A DNA stretch of 64,000 nt from Thermoplasmatota archaeon (GCA_048569615.1 JBLIRK010000001.1:18896-82895), one strand, 5' to 3'. Shown: positions 1 through 9,589, counted from the stretch's first letter. Numbers and translations: made by a program. The notes: generated from the letters alone by a model not told the origin.

Positions 1-47
1 TGCATAAAGAGTATTTCCCATCGTCAGAGTTCCGAAGGGGTAAATAT

Positions 48-2180
48 ATGAGGTTTCGAACTTCTGCATTGATCGTCCTGTTGATGTTGACAGCGATACT
101 GCCGTACACGACAGGGAGGGCGGACTCAGTGAGTTTCGGAGGGGGGCCGAACAGGGTGGAGCTGGATTTTGAATTGCTGATGAACATAGACCTTCCCGAT
201 GGTAACTATGTCACAGACCTGGAATTCTCTTACATGGGCGACATGCTTGCGGTCGGATGCGGTGATAAGATCGTGTACATCTACGATACCGATGAATGGA
301 CCCGTATAGCCAACCTCACAACGACATATCCTGTCTTGGATGTGGACTGGTGCCCACAGCAGCATATGGACCTTTTCGCAGTATCAACCGGACGTCAGTT
401 TCCACCTAACGGGACCGTGGAGATATACTCCACATCCAGCTGGAATCAGGTCGAGATACTAGATTACCCTAAGGAAGTCATGAGCATCGATTGGTCGCTG
501 AACGGGTCCTTACTTGCGGTCTCATCCGGGAATCCTCTTGTCATATTGAATACTGCTGATTGGACGGTGATGAAGTCCTTCGATCTTGGCCTTTATTATT
601 CCACGGCGGTAAATTGGGATCCATCCGGGGATTACTTCGCTCTAAGCAAGTTCTCCTCAACCGAAGGTTCGATGGTGGAGGTCTACAATCTCAACAACAA
701 TTGGGGACTTGTCGACCAATTCGGACATTTTCCATATCAAGTGGATGTCCTTAGCAGCGAAACCAGTCTCAAGTACCTTGCCTTCGGCAACCTTTCGTTG
801 AATGTCGTCAACATGGCAAATGGGGACTCTGTTTATTCAGAACCCAACGACGGGACCAAGAGAATCGTCGATGTCCTGTGGCACAGGAACATGGCGCTTA
901 TGGCGGTCATGAACCAGACGGTGCTGGAATTCCGCTATGCCCTTACAAGTGAGCTGATCCATACCGTGGACATGGGCGGATTTCCGAGATCGATATCATG
1001 GAGCTACAATTATTCATATATTGCCGCCGGAATGGGTGGGACTGTAGCACTATTCTATTGCGACCAGAGCGGCTCCGGAACTGTGGACGAGGATTCCGAC
1101 GGGGATGGAGTGATAGATGAATTGGATGACTTCCCTGACGATGTTTCGGCATCCGAGGATATGGATGGAGACGGGCACCCCAACAGATGGAATCCCGGAT
1201 ATGACCAAAGTGATTCGACTACAGGGCTGACGATAGACATGTTCCCTTCGGACCCCACGGAATGGAACGATTCGGACGGGGATGGCGTTGGCAACAATTC
1301 GGACAAGTTCCCGGAGGACCCCTCGGAATGGAATGATACCGACGGGGATGGAATAGGCGACAATTCGGATCCTTTTCCAAACGGCGATCCGACGGAAATT
1401 GATAGGGACGGAGATGGTGTTTCGGATGACGAGGACGAATTCCCCGATGACCCCAATGAATGGGATGACACCGATAATGATGGGATCGGAGACAACTCCG
1501 ATGATTTCCCGACGGACCCTGCGGCTTCCGAGGACACCGACGGAGACGGCTATCCGGACAGCTGGAATCCGGGCCGATCAGGGAACGACTCCACCACGGG
1601 ACTGGAACTTGATATGTTTCCATACGACGAATATGAATGGTCCGACAGCGACATGGACGGCAGGGGAGACAACTCCGATGCTTTTCCGGACAATCCCTAT
1701 GAATGGTCCGATACTGACGGCGATGGCTCGGGAGACAACTCCGATGATTTCCCAGGCGATCCGGCGGCATCTGTGGATTCGGACAGTGACGGATATCCCG
1801 ATTTCTGGAATCCGGGGAAGTCCGAAAAGGATTCAACGACGGGGCTGAAACTCGACAGATATCCCAGGGATCCCAAGAACCAACCTCCCCGATCCTTCTG
1901 GTCCTCTCCCGGTGTAATTGTACCGATAATTCTATTTAGCCTTCTGGCCTTCCTTCTGATCGCCGCCTTTCTGGTTGTGAGGGCCAGGGACCAGGGGAAG
2001 ACGGCCCTTCCCCGGGAAGACGCGGAGCTCGAAAGATACCGCAGGGAAATACTCCTTGACAGGAACGGGACGGATTACGATCTTTCCCGGGAGGAGATCA
2101 AGGATCTCCTCAAAAAGAGAAGAATGGAGGGAGAGATCTCGGAGGAAACATACGATCTCGCCCTGGAATCCATACAGTGA
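48..2180 (+). CDS. Secreted, C-terminally membrane-anchored protein: N-terminal beta-propeller (WD40-like), then tandem thrombospondin type-3-like Ca-binding repeats (DxDxDGxGDxxDxFP), a TM helix and a charged cytoplasmic tail
   Basis: Signal peptide MRFRTSALIVLLMLTAILPYTTG. About 12 DxDGDG(I/V)GDNSD(D/K)FP repeats plus an ~80-aa super-repeat (..DGDGYPDxWNPG..STTGL.LDMFP..). C-terminal TM IVPIILFSLLAFLLIAAFLVV followed by a K/E/R-rich tail. Confidence 0.6.
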   Translation: MRFRTSALIVLLMLTAILPYTTGRADSVSFGGGPNRVELDFELLMNIDLPDGNYVTDLEFSYMGDMLAVGCGDKIVYIYDTDEWTRIANLTTTYPVLDVDWCPQQHMDLFAVSTGRQFPPNGTVEIYSTSSWNQVEILDYPKEVMSIDWSLNGSLLAVSSGNPLVILNTADWTVMKSFDLGLYYSTAVNWDPSGDYFALSKFSSTEGSMVEVYNLNNNWGLVDQFGHFPYQVDVLSSETSLKYLAFGNLSLNVVNMANGDSVYSEPNDGTKRIVDVLWHRNMALMAVMNQTVLEFRYALTSELIHTVDMGGFPRSISWSYNYSYIAAGMGGTVALFYCDQSGSGTVDEDSDGDGVIDELDDFPDDVSASEDMDGDGHPNRWNPGYDQSDSTTGLTIDMFPSDPTEWNDSDGDGVGNNSDKFPEDPSEWNDTDGDGIGDNSDPFPNGDPTEIDRDGDGVSDDEDEFPDDPNEWDDTDNDGIGDNSDDFPTDPAASEDTDGDGYPDSWNPGRSGNDSTTGLELDMFPYDEYEWSDSDMDGRGDNSDAFPDNPYEWSDTDGDGSGDNSDDFPGDPAASVDSDSDGYPDFWNPGKSEKDSTTGLKLDRYPRDPKNQPPRSFWSSPGVIVPIILFSLLAFLLIAAFLVVRARDQGKTALPREDAELERYRREILLDRNGTDYDLSREEIKDLLKKRRMEGEISEETYDLALESIQ
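1080..1863 (+). repeat. Intragenic tandem repeat array encoding thrombospondin type-3-like acidic Ca-binding repeats (about 2.5 copies of an ~240-nt super-repeat, each holding three short DxDxDG units)
   Basis: Repeated protein motifs DSDGDGVGNNSDKFPEDPSEWNDTDGDGIGDNSDPFP, DTDGDGYPDSWNPG and DSTTGLxLDMFP are visible two to three times. Antisense ORFs 1055..1537 and 1219..1836 are low-complexity artefacts of the repeat. Confidence 0.6.
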
Positions 2181-2208
2181 AAGCCACCCCTGAGGAGAGA
2201 GGCCGGAC

Positions 2209-2757
2209 ATGGACTCGGGAGACAAGGTCCTCGGACATGACACAAGGAGAGCAATCTTCACCCACATTCTACTCTACCCGGGCGTTCAGTTCACGGTCCT
2301 GAAGCGGATCTTCGACCTCACGGAAGGAACGCTGAGGTACCACCTTAGATACCTGGAAAAGAATGAGCTGATCAGGGAGGAACTGGATGAAGGCAAGAAG
2401 ACCTATTACCCATGCGACCGCTCCTTCGTCCCGGAGGGGGAGAAAGGGTCCGCAACTTCAAGGGAGAGCTCGAAGGCGAAGGAGCGTTTGGTAAATACCA
2501 TAAGAAGGTACCCAGGGATAAGGCAGAAGGACCTCGCTAAGAGAACCCGGATGAACAGGTTCACCCTGATGTACAACGTCAACAAGCTGATATCCGACGG
2601 TCTGGTCAAGAAGTACTATGTGGGTAGGGAGGTCTGCTATGAGTACATATCCAGGGAGACGCTGAAAAGGGAGATCATCAGGAGGGCCACCATAGACCTG
2701 CTGAACGGAAAGATCCGGGAGGAGACCTACAGGAGGCTCATGGAGAGACTTGATTAG
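2209..2757 (+). CDS. Transcriptional regulator with two winged-helix (ArsR/MarR-like) DNA-binding domains
   Basis: Two wHTH-like segments: ..FTHILLYPGVQFTVLKRIFDLTEGTLRYHLRYLEKNELI.. and ..VNTIRRYPGIRQKDLAKRTRMNRFTLMYNVNKLISDGLV.. Gene is 29 nt downstream of the preceding CDS. Confidence 0.5.
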   Translation: MDSGDKVLGHDTRRAIFTHILLYPGVQFTVLKRIFDLTEGTLRYHLRYLEKNELIREELDEGKKTYYPCDRSFVPEGEKGSATSRESSKAKERLVNTIRRYPGIRQKDLAKRTRMNRFTLMYNVNKLISDGLVKKYYVGREVCYEYISRETLKREIIRRATIDLLNGKIREETYRRLMERLD

Positions 2758-2759
2758 GA

Positions 2760-3173
2760 TCATTTCTTCTTGATGGATATCCGCTTCTCTTCCTTTGTGG
2801 GGGCCACCTTGAAATACGATCTGTGAAAGTTTCTCTGCTTGAACGACTGAAGGGCCCTGTAAACAATGTCCTCTCCGGTCAATCCGGGATTCTGGGAATC
2901 TATGTAATCGAAGGAAAGGTGCGCAAGGCCCGTCCTCAGATAAGCAGTGAGCTTTTCCTGCGATGCCCCTTTCTTGTGAAGGATCATGAGCCAGTCCCGG
3001 AGCTTCTTCTCTCCTTTCTTGAAGTTCTCATCCGAAAGCTTTCCCCCGTAGCGCCTCATGTAGCTGTTGAGCATCGAATGAACCGTACTGTAATCACCTT
3101 TGAACTGCTTCGGAAGGACACCGTCGCTGATCAAACGATCGTCAAGCCTTGCAACTATCCTGGTATCTGCCAA
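2760..3173 (-). CDS. Hypothetical basic protein (137 aa)
   Basis: Intact ORF with no recognisable motif. It converges on the regulator gene with only 2 nt between the stop codons. Confidence 0.35.
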   Translation of the reverse strand: MADTRIVARLDDRLISDGVLPKQFKGDYSTVHSMLNSYMRRYGGKLSDENFKKGEKKLRDWLMILHKKGASQEKLTAYLRTGLAHLSFDYIDSQNPGLTGEDIVYRALQSFKQRNFHRSYFKVAPTKEEKRISIKKK

Positions 3174-3273
3174 AAAGGAACCCCCGTTTTCAGAATAATG
3201 ATGTTATTTAATTTATTGGTTTTGCAGGTCTCCATCAAGTTTATTTATCTTGGACCAATGGTCCCGTGATACC

Positions 3274-5112
3274 ATGAGGATAGCCTCTCTCATCTACGAC
3301 AGGTGCCAGCCCAGGAAATGCGGGAAGGAATGCTACAACTTCTGCCCCAGGGTCAGGGCCGGAGATGAGATCTTCTCCTTCGATTCCAAGAACAAGCCGA
3401 TCATCGATGAGGATCTCTGCGTGGGATGCGGCATATGCGTCCACAAATGCCCATTCGATGCCATCAGGATAACGAACCTTCCCGAGGAGCTCGAGGAAGA
3501 TGTGATACACCAGTTCGGCCCCAACGGTTTCCGGCTGTTCAGGATCCCATACCCCCAGGAAGGGCGGGTGCTGGGGCTACTTGGCTCAAACGGGATCGGC
3601 AAGACAACGATACTCAACGTGCTCTCGGGAACTATGCTCCCGAACTTCGCGCTTGGCATAGAAGGGGACAAGGACGAAGGGCATGAACCGAAGGCATTCG
3701 GCTCCAAGAGGCTTGACAAGGACGAGGAGGAGAAGGCTCCGGAGAACTGGGAGGATGTGATGGGCAGGTTCTCTGGCACCGGACTGTACGAGCATTTCGA
3801 AAAGGTCGCCCACGATAAGCTCATTCCGGCATTGAAACCCCAATATGTGGATTCCATTCCGAAGGCGTTCAAGGGAAAGGTCCGGGAGCTCCTCGACAAC
3901 ATCAATCCGGAGAAGACAGAGGACCTCGCGGAAGCTTTGGAGCTCAACCATATAATGGACCGGACCCTGGACAAGCTCTCGGGGGGGGAACTCCAGCGCG
4001 TTGCCATCGCGGCCACCCTGTTGAAGGAGGGCAATTTCTACTTCTTCGACGAGCCGTCGTCCTATCTGGACATCAGGCAGAGACTGAAGATCTCCCAGAT
4101 GATCAGGGAGCTTGGGGATGTAAAGCAGGTAATGGTGGTGGAGCACGACCTTGCGATCCTTGACTTCCTAGCCGACAACATCTCCCTCATGTACGGGGAG
4201 CCCGGAGGTTTCGGTGTTGTGGCCAAGCCCATGACCGTCAAGCAGGCCATCAATGTGTTCCTCGACGGCTACATGAGGGTGGAGAACGTCAGGTTCAGGG
4301 ACAAGCCTGTGGAGTTCATGGACCATCCGCCGAGAACGGACTGGGTCGGTGGAGACCTGCTGACCTTCCCCGCACTGGAGAAGAGGTTCCCTTCCTTCAC
4401 CTTCAGGTCAGAGAGAGGGACCATCCATATGGGAGAATCGGTGGGGTGCGTCGGTCCTAACGCCACCGGGAAATCCACGTTCGTCAAAATGCTGGCGGGA
4501 GAGGAGAAACCGGACAAGGGGTACATTGAGACCCCTTTCAAGATCTCCTACAAACCGCAGTATATCAGGCATGATTTCGAAGGGTCCGTCAGGGATTATC
4601 TCATAATCGAGCTCATGGAGGCCTTCGGATCGGGTTTCTACAAGGCGGAGCTGGAAGGGCCGTTGGGCCTGAAGCATCTCTATGACAAGGAGATGGCAAA
4701 GCTATCGGGAGGAGAGCAGCAGAGGGTCGCTGTGGCCCGCGCACTCGCCAAGGAGGCCGATCTCTACCTGCTTGACGAACCTTCGGCATACCTGGATGCA
4801 AACCAGAGGATGGAAGTTGCGAAGATAATACGGAGGGTCATAGAGAAGAGGGGGCGATCAGGTCTCATCGTCGACCACGACGTGTATTTCATCGACCTTG
4901 TTTCGGATACATTGATGGTCTTCAGAGGGGAGCCCTCCGTTGAAGGTTACTCCGTGGGCCCGCTGGAGCTGAGGCAGGGAATGAACCTATTCCTCAAGGA
5001 CGTGGGGATCACATTCAGACGGGACATGGAGACGAAACGCCCGAGGATCAACAAACTGGGCTCCCGCCTGGACGAGGAACAGAGAAGGAAGGGCGAATAT
5101 TACTACGCCTGA
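3274..5112 (+). CDS. abcE1: ABCE1 / RNase L inhibitor-type ribosome recycling ATPase, with an N-terminal double 4Fe-4S domain and twin ABC ATPase cassettes
   Basis: CQPRKCGKECYNFCP and CVGCGICVHKCP ferredoxin-like clusters. Two Walker A motifs (GSNGIGKTT, GPNATGKST), two ABC signatures (LSGGELQRV, LSGGEQQRV) and two Walker B motifs (FFFDEPSSYLD, YLLDEPSAYLD). Start set at the ATG giving MRIASLIYDRCQP; the track start 3250 is TTG. Confidence 0.93.
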   Translation: MRIASLIYDRCQPRKCGKECYNFCPRVRAGDEIFSFDSKNKPIIDEDLCVGCGICVHKCPFDAIRITNLPEELEEDVIHQFGPNGFRLFRIPYPQEGRVLGLLGSNGIGKTTILNVLSGTMLPNFALGIEGDKDEGHEPKAFGSKRLDKDEEEKAPENWEDVMGRFSGTGLYEHFEKVAHDKLIPALKPQYVDSIPKAFKGKVRELLDNINPEKTEDLAEALELNHIMDRTLDKLSGGELQRVAIAATLLKEGNFYFFDEPSSYLDIRQRLKISQMIRELGDVKQVMVVEHDLAILDFLADNISLMYGEPGGFGVVAKPMTVKQAINVFLDGYMRVENVRFRDKPVEFMDHPPRTDWVGGDLLTFPALEKRFPSFTFRSERGTIHMGESVGCVGPNATGKSTFVKMLAGEEKPDKGYIETPFKISYKPQYIRHDFEGSVRDYLIIELMEAFGSGFYKAELEGPLGLKHLYDKEMAKLSGGEQQRVAVARALAKEADLYLLDEPSAYLDANQRMEVAKIIRRVIEKRGRSGLIVDHDVYFIDLVSDTLMVFRGEPSVEGYSVGPLELRQGMNLFLKDVGITFRRDMETKRPRINKLGSRLDEEQRRKGEYYYA

Positions 5113-5125
5113 TCTCTCTCAAATA

Positions 5126-5755
5126 TCAATATGGCGGTTGCCTCGGATGCTGGGGGGAGTAACCAGGTTGTTGGCCGTATGTTTGCTGGTATGATTGCTG
5201 GGGAGCGTGGCCGGGTTGTTGCCCGTACAATTGCTGGTAGGTCTGTTGCGCCGGACCCGGCTCAGGTTGAGGAGGGACCGGGGCCGGTTTCTTCTTTTTC
5301 TTCAGCAAGCCCACCAAGAAAAGTACTATTCCGAGTATCAGGAGAATACCCATGAAACTTCCGCAGCAGCAACTCGGACCCCAGACTGCAGCGGAAGAAT
5401 AATCGGCGGAAGCTTCTGGACCCAATTCCCTGTATTCGATCTCCACAACTATCCTGTCCCCCTCATTACCTAAGTCCTGGGAGGAAAGGAAATTGTTATC
5501 ACACCCCTCGAATTTGTATGAATAAATGCTTACACCCAATAAAGAGGTCTCATCCTCTTCGGCAATTTTCCCGTGAAAAGTTTCCTTGTCCCCTCGGCTG
5601 GAGGACTCTACCCAATCATCATACTCCTTCTCTGCATTCTTTGGAAACATCCAAAAACCTGGAGGAAGCACAAAGCTCAATATTATCACTAAAAATATCC
5701 CTACAATGGCTATTATCCCGATTATCAATCCTGCTGTCTTTAATTTGCTCATCAA
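5126..5755 (-). CDS. Membrane protein with two TM segments and a Pro/Gln/Tyr-rich low-complexity C-terminal tail
   Basis: N-terminal TM LIIGIIAIVGIFLVIILSFVL. A CCCGSFMGILLILGIVLFLVGLL segment followed by KKKKKP. Tail repeats QQTYQQLYGQQPGHAPQQSYQQTYGQQPGYSPQHP. Confidence 0.5.
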   Translation of the reverse strand: MMSKLKTAGLIIGIIAIVGIFLVIILSFVLPPGFWMFPKNAEKEYDDWVESSSRGDKETFHGKIAEEDETSLLGVSIYSYKFEGCDNNFLSSQDLGNEGDRIVVEIEYRELGPEASADYSSAAVWGPSCCCGSFMGILLILGIVLFLVGLLKKKKKPAPVPPQPEPGPAQQTYQQLYGQQPGHAPQQSYQQTYGQQPGYSPQHPRQPPY

Positions 5756-5851
5756 ATCCCCCTCATATCTTGATAATAAATGGAATAATACAATAAATAA
5801 CTTTCATAAAAATCCCCTTTAAAATGTTAGGTATCCATTTGTGCTTGGTTA

Positions 5852-7618
5852 TCAAGGAGCAAGAGCGCAGAGGAGGTCGGATTCCAATCCCGCGGAGGAA
5901 GGTATCCTTCCTCTTTCCAGGGTCCTCAGAACATCCGACAGAGCGACCATGGACTGGATCGCCCGGATACCCTTTACGGTGTCGGCCTTGTCCGGATACG
6001 AGAGCAGCTGCTCCTTTCCGAGCCCCGTCAGCTCCGATGTGTAGCCCTGGACCAGGGAGTTCCTTATCCTCTCCTGCCACAGCGATCCTACCAGGGAGAG
6101 CTTGTAGATGTACTTGAAGGGCAGCTCCCTTCGCTCCATGACCCTCAGAACGGAGAAATCCTCCATCATCTCCGCATATCCTCCCTTGGCAAGGTTGTAA
6201 TCAAGGAAGAGGAGCTGGAGCTGCCTGCTCTCGTAGGGGAGGTCAGGATTGGAAAACAGCTGTCTGGCCGTCAGATACCTCGCCTTCATGAAGGAGTTCA
6301 TCAGCATGGATAGGTCCTTAAGGGGAAGGAACTTCTCCAGCTTCTCCTTCTCCACCCCGTAGAAATCCCATCCGAAGCCGTTCAGGATGTACCCTCCTTC
6401 GGAGTTGTGTTCTATCTTCTCAAGCCTGCAGTCCAGGGCAACGGGAAGGATAGGCGCTCCCCTGAATGACCTGATGGAGCCGAGCCTGGACCTCAGCTGT
6501 TTCTCCGATTTCATGAAACTGGTCCTGAACATATCCAGGGACAGCTCGTCCATCCCGTCCACCCTCGCGGGAATGACAGTCCTCTTGAGTGGTTTTAACC
6601 TCCTTCCGGTCTTTGGATTGACCACCTGCTTGTCCCCCAGGAGTCTGACGAATTCCCTCTTCAACTCCCCGAGATAATATGAGGAAGTACCTATGGCGGT
6701 CCCGATGTCCTCGATGTCCATGCGTGAGGGGGAGAACAGCTCGACGATATCCGTTCCAACCCTCTTGTGTCCCTCGGAATGGTGGAAGTCCTCCATGACA
6801 AGGCAGGAGTGAAGGGATCCAAGCATCCTGCCGAGCTCCACCGCCCTCCTGAAGGAGGTCCTATCCTTGGATAGCGACAGCTGAACCAGGAACCTCCTTG
6901 CCTTGTCCCCGTCCAGTTCGAGGAATGCTTTGGAGATATCTCCAAGGTCCTTCAGGAATGTCCTGAACGAGGGCTGGACCGAGCCGGTCTCTCTGGTGAG
7001 CTTCAACCAGGGCATTACCCTTCCTTTCCGCTCCCACATAGACATTCCAAGCAGTCTTGGAACGTGGTGACAGCCCATCGAATTGATCCTGGCATGCATG
7101 AAATATCCCATGGGGCTCTGTGCGAGTTTCCGGGACACCGAGAGCAGATACCTGTAACGATCAACCGTAATCCTGATCCCCAGGTCCCCGTTCTCCTTCA
7201 GGACCTCCAATCTGCTGCTCTCGGACCCGATATCCTCCTGATATCCCCCATCCCATATTCCGAAGGTCTGGTACTTGAGTCCGGAGCTCCCTGGATAATC
7301 TAGAGTATAACCGCTGTTGAAAAGGGAGAGCTGTGAAAGAACAAAGATCCTCAGGGCTCTGCTGTCAAGGTCGGATATCTCATCGCTGCCGGATCGGTCG
7401 AGCCAGATGTTCATATGATTCCCGCCGGACCCTACAAGAACCAGGCTTCCGCCCCCGTCGGGCAATTCGGCTTTCCCGAGGATCTCGACGGGATCGCGGT
7501 CGGAGAAATACCCAGAACTGGATGCGATATCCAGGGCTATTTCTCCGGCAGGCCCGATCGAATCTTCATCTTCTTCCAGCTCCGATACCTCCATTTCAGT
7601 CTGATTGACACTACCCAT
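5852..7618 (-). CDS. Large conserved hypothetical protein (588 aa), cytoplasmic, no recognisable motif
   Basis: Long intact ORF with balanced composition, an acidic N-terminus, and no TM or signal peptide. I do not recognise the family. Confidence 0.45.
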   Translation of the reverse strand: MGSVNQTEMEVSELEEDEDSIGPAGEIALDIASSSGYFSDRDPVEILGKAELPDGGGSLVLVGSGGNHMNIWLDRSGSDEISDLDSRALRIFVLSQLSLFNSGYTLDYPGSSGLKYQTFGIWDGGYQEDIGSESSRLEVLKENGDLGIRITVDRYRYLLSVSRKLAQSPMGYFMHARINSMGCHHVPRLLGMSMWERKGRVMPWLKLTRETGSVQPSFRTFLKDLGDISKAFLELDGDKARRFLVQLSLSKDRTSFRRAVELGRMLGSLHSCLVMEDFHHSEGHKRVGTDIVELFSPSRMDIEDIGTAIGTSSYYLGELKREFVRLLGDKQVVNPKTGRRLKPLKRTVIPARVDGMDELSLDMFRTSFMKSEKQLRSRLGSIRSFRGAPILPVALDCRLEKIEHNSEGGYILNGFGWDFYGVEKEKLEKFLPLKDLSMLMNSFMKARYLTARQLFSNPDLPYESRQLQLLFLDYNLAKGGYAEMMEDFSVLRVMERRELPFKYIYKLSLVGSLWQERIRNSLVQGYTSELTGLGKEQLLSYPDKADTVKGIRAIQSMVALSDVLRTLERGRIPSSAGLESDLLCALAP

Positions 7619-7739
7619 GAGGGATATGGGGATGGTAGCTCATTCAATTTAATAAATGTGATATGGTTTTTCAAAGGTTCGGGTTCGAGGATCTGTCTTC
7701 AGGAATCAGATATATAAGTATTGAGCACTTCACCGCTCC

Positions 7740-8504
7740 ATGGAGGATGTCCTCAAGGAACTGATAGACGGCAGCATAACGCTTGAAGAAGCCCTGAAGG
7801 AGCTGGAGTTGCGGATGTACGGGGAGTTCTCCCACAACATCGATACGGGAAGGGACCACAGGACTGGGATTCCCGAGGTCGTACATGCCGAAGGGAAGAG
7901 AATCCCTCACCTGATAAGGATAATGCAGGATTTCATAGACCGGAAGGGCAGGGTTCTGGTATCCAGGTTGGAAAAGGGAACCTGGGAGAGCATAAGGGGC
8001 GGGATCCAAGAGCGGTACCCGGACCATTTCGTCGAATATGACGAGGATGCCTCGTTCCTGATTGTTCGCTCCCGCTCCTTTGAGATCCCGCGAAGCGGCG
8101 GCAAGGTGGGAATCCTGACCGCGGGAACCTCCGACATACCGGTGGCGAAGGAAGCAGAGATCACGTCAAGGGAGATGGGATGCAGTGTCAAGGCATATCA
8201 TGACGTGGGGGTCGCAGGCGTACACAGGGTCATGGCTCCACTTAAGGAGCTGATCGCATGGGAAGCGGACGTTCTGATAGTCGCCGCGGGAAGGGAAGGA
8301 GCCCTTCCGACCCTTGTATCCGGACTTGTGAAGGTCCCCGTCATCGGACTGCCCGTATCCACAGGTTACGGCATCCACGGAAAAGGGGAAACAGCCCTCT
8401 TCGCGATGCTGCAGTCCTGCTCACCCATCGCGGTCGTCAACATAGATGCGGGCTTCGTGGCCGGGGCGGTCGCATCGAGGATAGCGTCGGGCTGCCACAG
8501 GTAG
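7740..8504 (+). CDS. larB: PurE-like (NCAIR mutase-related) protein of the LarB family, a nickel-pincer nucleotide cofactor biosynthesis carboxylase/hydrolase
   Basis: About 250 aa. C-terminal PurE-like fold motifs: GKVGILTAGTSDIPVAKEA, VIGLPVSTGYG and SPIAVVNIDAGFVAGAVASRI. The N-terminal ~100-aa extension is typical of LarB rather than true PurE. Confidence 0.65.
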   Translation: MEDVLKELIDGSITLEEALKELELRMYGEFSHNIDTGRDHRTGIPEVVHAEGKRIPHLIRIMQDFIDRKGRVLVSRLEKGTWESIRGGIQERYPDHFVEYDEDASFLIVRSRSFEIPRSGGKVGILTAGTSDIPVAKEAEITSREMGCSVKAYHDVGVAGVHRVMAPLKELIAWEADVLIVAAGREGALPTLVSGLVKVPVIGLPVSTGYGIHGKGETALFAMLQSCSPIAVVNIDAGFVAGAVASRIASGCHR

Positions 8505-8555
8505 CCTTTTAATAGGAGTTACCATTTACCAAGCCTCCCTCATCCAGGTGCTCAA

Positions 8556-9437
8556 ATGTCCCCAGAAGAGATCCCTCAGGAATTAATGAAGGAGCTCTCG
8601 GATTCTGAAAAGAGACTCAAAGGACTACTCGATAAAAGGGACCACTTCAACGAGGAAGCGAAGGTCATAAGGGAGATGAGGGACGACCTGCACAAGAAGA
8701 GGAAGGGCATCCTGGAACAGATACAGGACATCAGGGCCAAAAGGGGGCAGATCCTGGAGGAGCTCAAGAGCGCCAAGAGCAGGAGGGACGCCTACAACCA
8801 GAGGGTCAGGGATCTTCTCGGAATCAAGAGGCGGACGGATCAGGACATGAAGGAGAGGGACCCCTTCGAGGATATCAGCACCCTGGAGATCGAGCTGAGA
8901 AAACTGGAAGAGACCTATCAGACAAAGGCCCACTCCCTTGAAAAGGAGAGGGAGATAGTCAAGTCCATTGAAGAGAAGAGGAAGAAGCTGGAGAAACTCC
9001 AGGCCAAGGAGGTTACCTTCAAGGCGGAAAGGGTCCAGGCCCAGACCAAGGAGGATGAGATCACCGAGTACAGGAGGCTGGCGGATCAGGAGCACTCCAA
9101 TGTCAAGGAGCTATTCAACAAGCTCCAGGAGATCAACGAGAAGCTGGACGAATACTCGCCGACCCTCGACCACCTCAGGAAGGAGGGCGACAAAAGGCAC
9201 GAGGAGTTCCTCAAGACGAGAGAGCATGCCGATTCCTACCATCAGAAGGCCATGGATCTCAGAGAAAAGGTCCTCCAGCTGAGGCAGGAGAGGGACAAAC
9301 TGAAGAAGGATGCGAGGGAACTCATCGAGGATCAGAACAAGAAGGTAAGGGATGAACTGGAGGATGAGGGAAAGCTCGATGAGGCGGCCGACAAGGCCGT
9401 CGACCTGCTCCTGAAGAAGGGAAAGATCTCACTTTGA
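8556..9437 (+). CDS. Archaeal coiled-coil protein (COG1340-like), paralogue of 58577..59476
   Basis: Almost entirely charged heptad-like sequence (K/E/R/L/Q). The C-terminus ..LLLKKGKISL resembles ..KYKRGEKLSLEEL in the paralogue. Confidence 0.55.
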   Translation: MSPEEIPQELMKELSDSEKRLKGLLDKRDHFNEEAKVIREMRDDLHKKRKGILEQIQDIRAKRGQILEELKSAKSRRDAYNQRVRDLLGIKRRTDQDMKERDPFEDISTLEIELRKLEETYQTKAHSLEKEREIVKSIEEKRKKLEKLQAKEVTFKAERVQAQTKEDEITEYRRLADQEHSNVKELFNKLQEINEKLDEYSPTLDHLRKEGDKRHEEFLKTREHADSYHQKAMDLREKVLQLRQERDKLKKDARELIEDQNKKVRDELEDEGKLDEAADKAVDLLLKKGKISL

Positions 9438-9589
9438 CCAGTGAACGGTATAGAAACGGATGAAAGAATGCCAAAGGTCCAATAAGTATAAATAATACCA
9501 CTATCACAAAATATATGAGAAAAAAAGGAAGGGTCCAAGGGATGCGTCAACGACCGGGAAGATGATGGAAAGTACGGAGTGATGAATGA

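Noticed and set aside
1055-1848. Antisense and alternate-frame ORFs (160-205 aa) in the TSP3 repeat region
   Set aside because: They are products of repetitive GA/GC-rich sequence; their translations are Ser/Pro/Arg low complexity.
3333-4677. Antisense ORFs (up to 233 aa) within abcE1
   Set aside because: The ABCE1 frame has all Walker, signature and FeS motifs. The antisense frames are Ser/Pro-rich low complexity.
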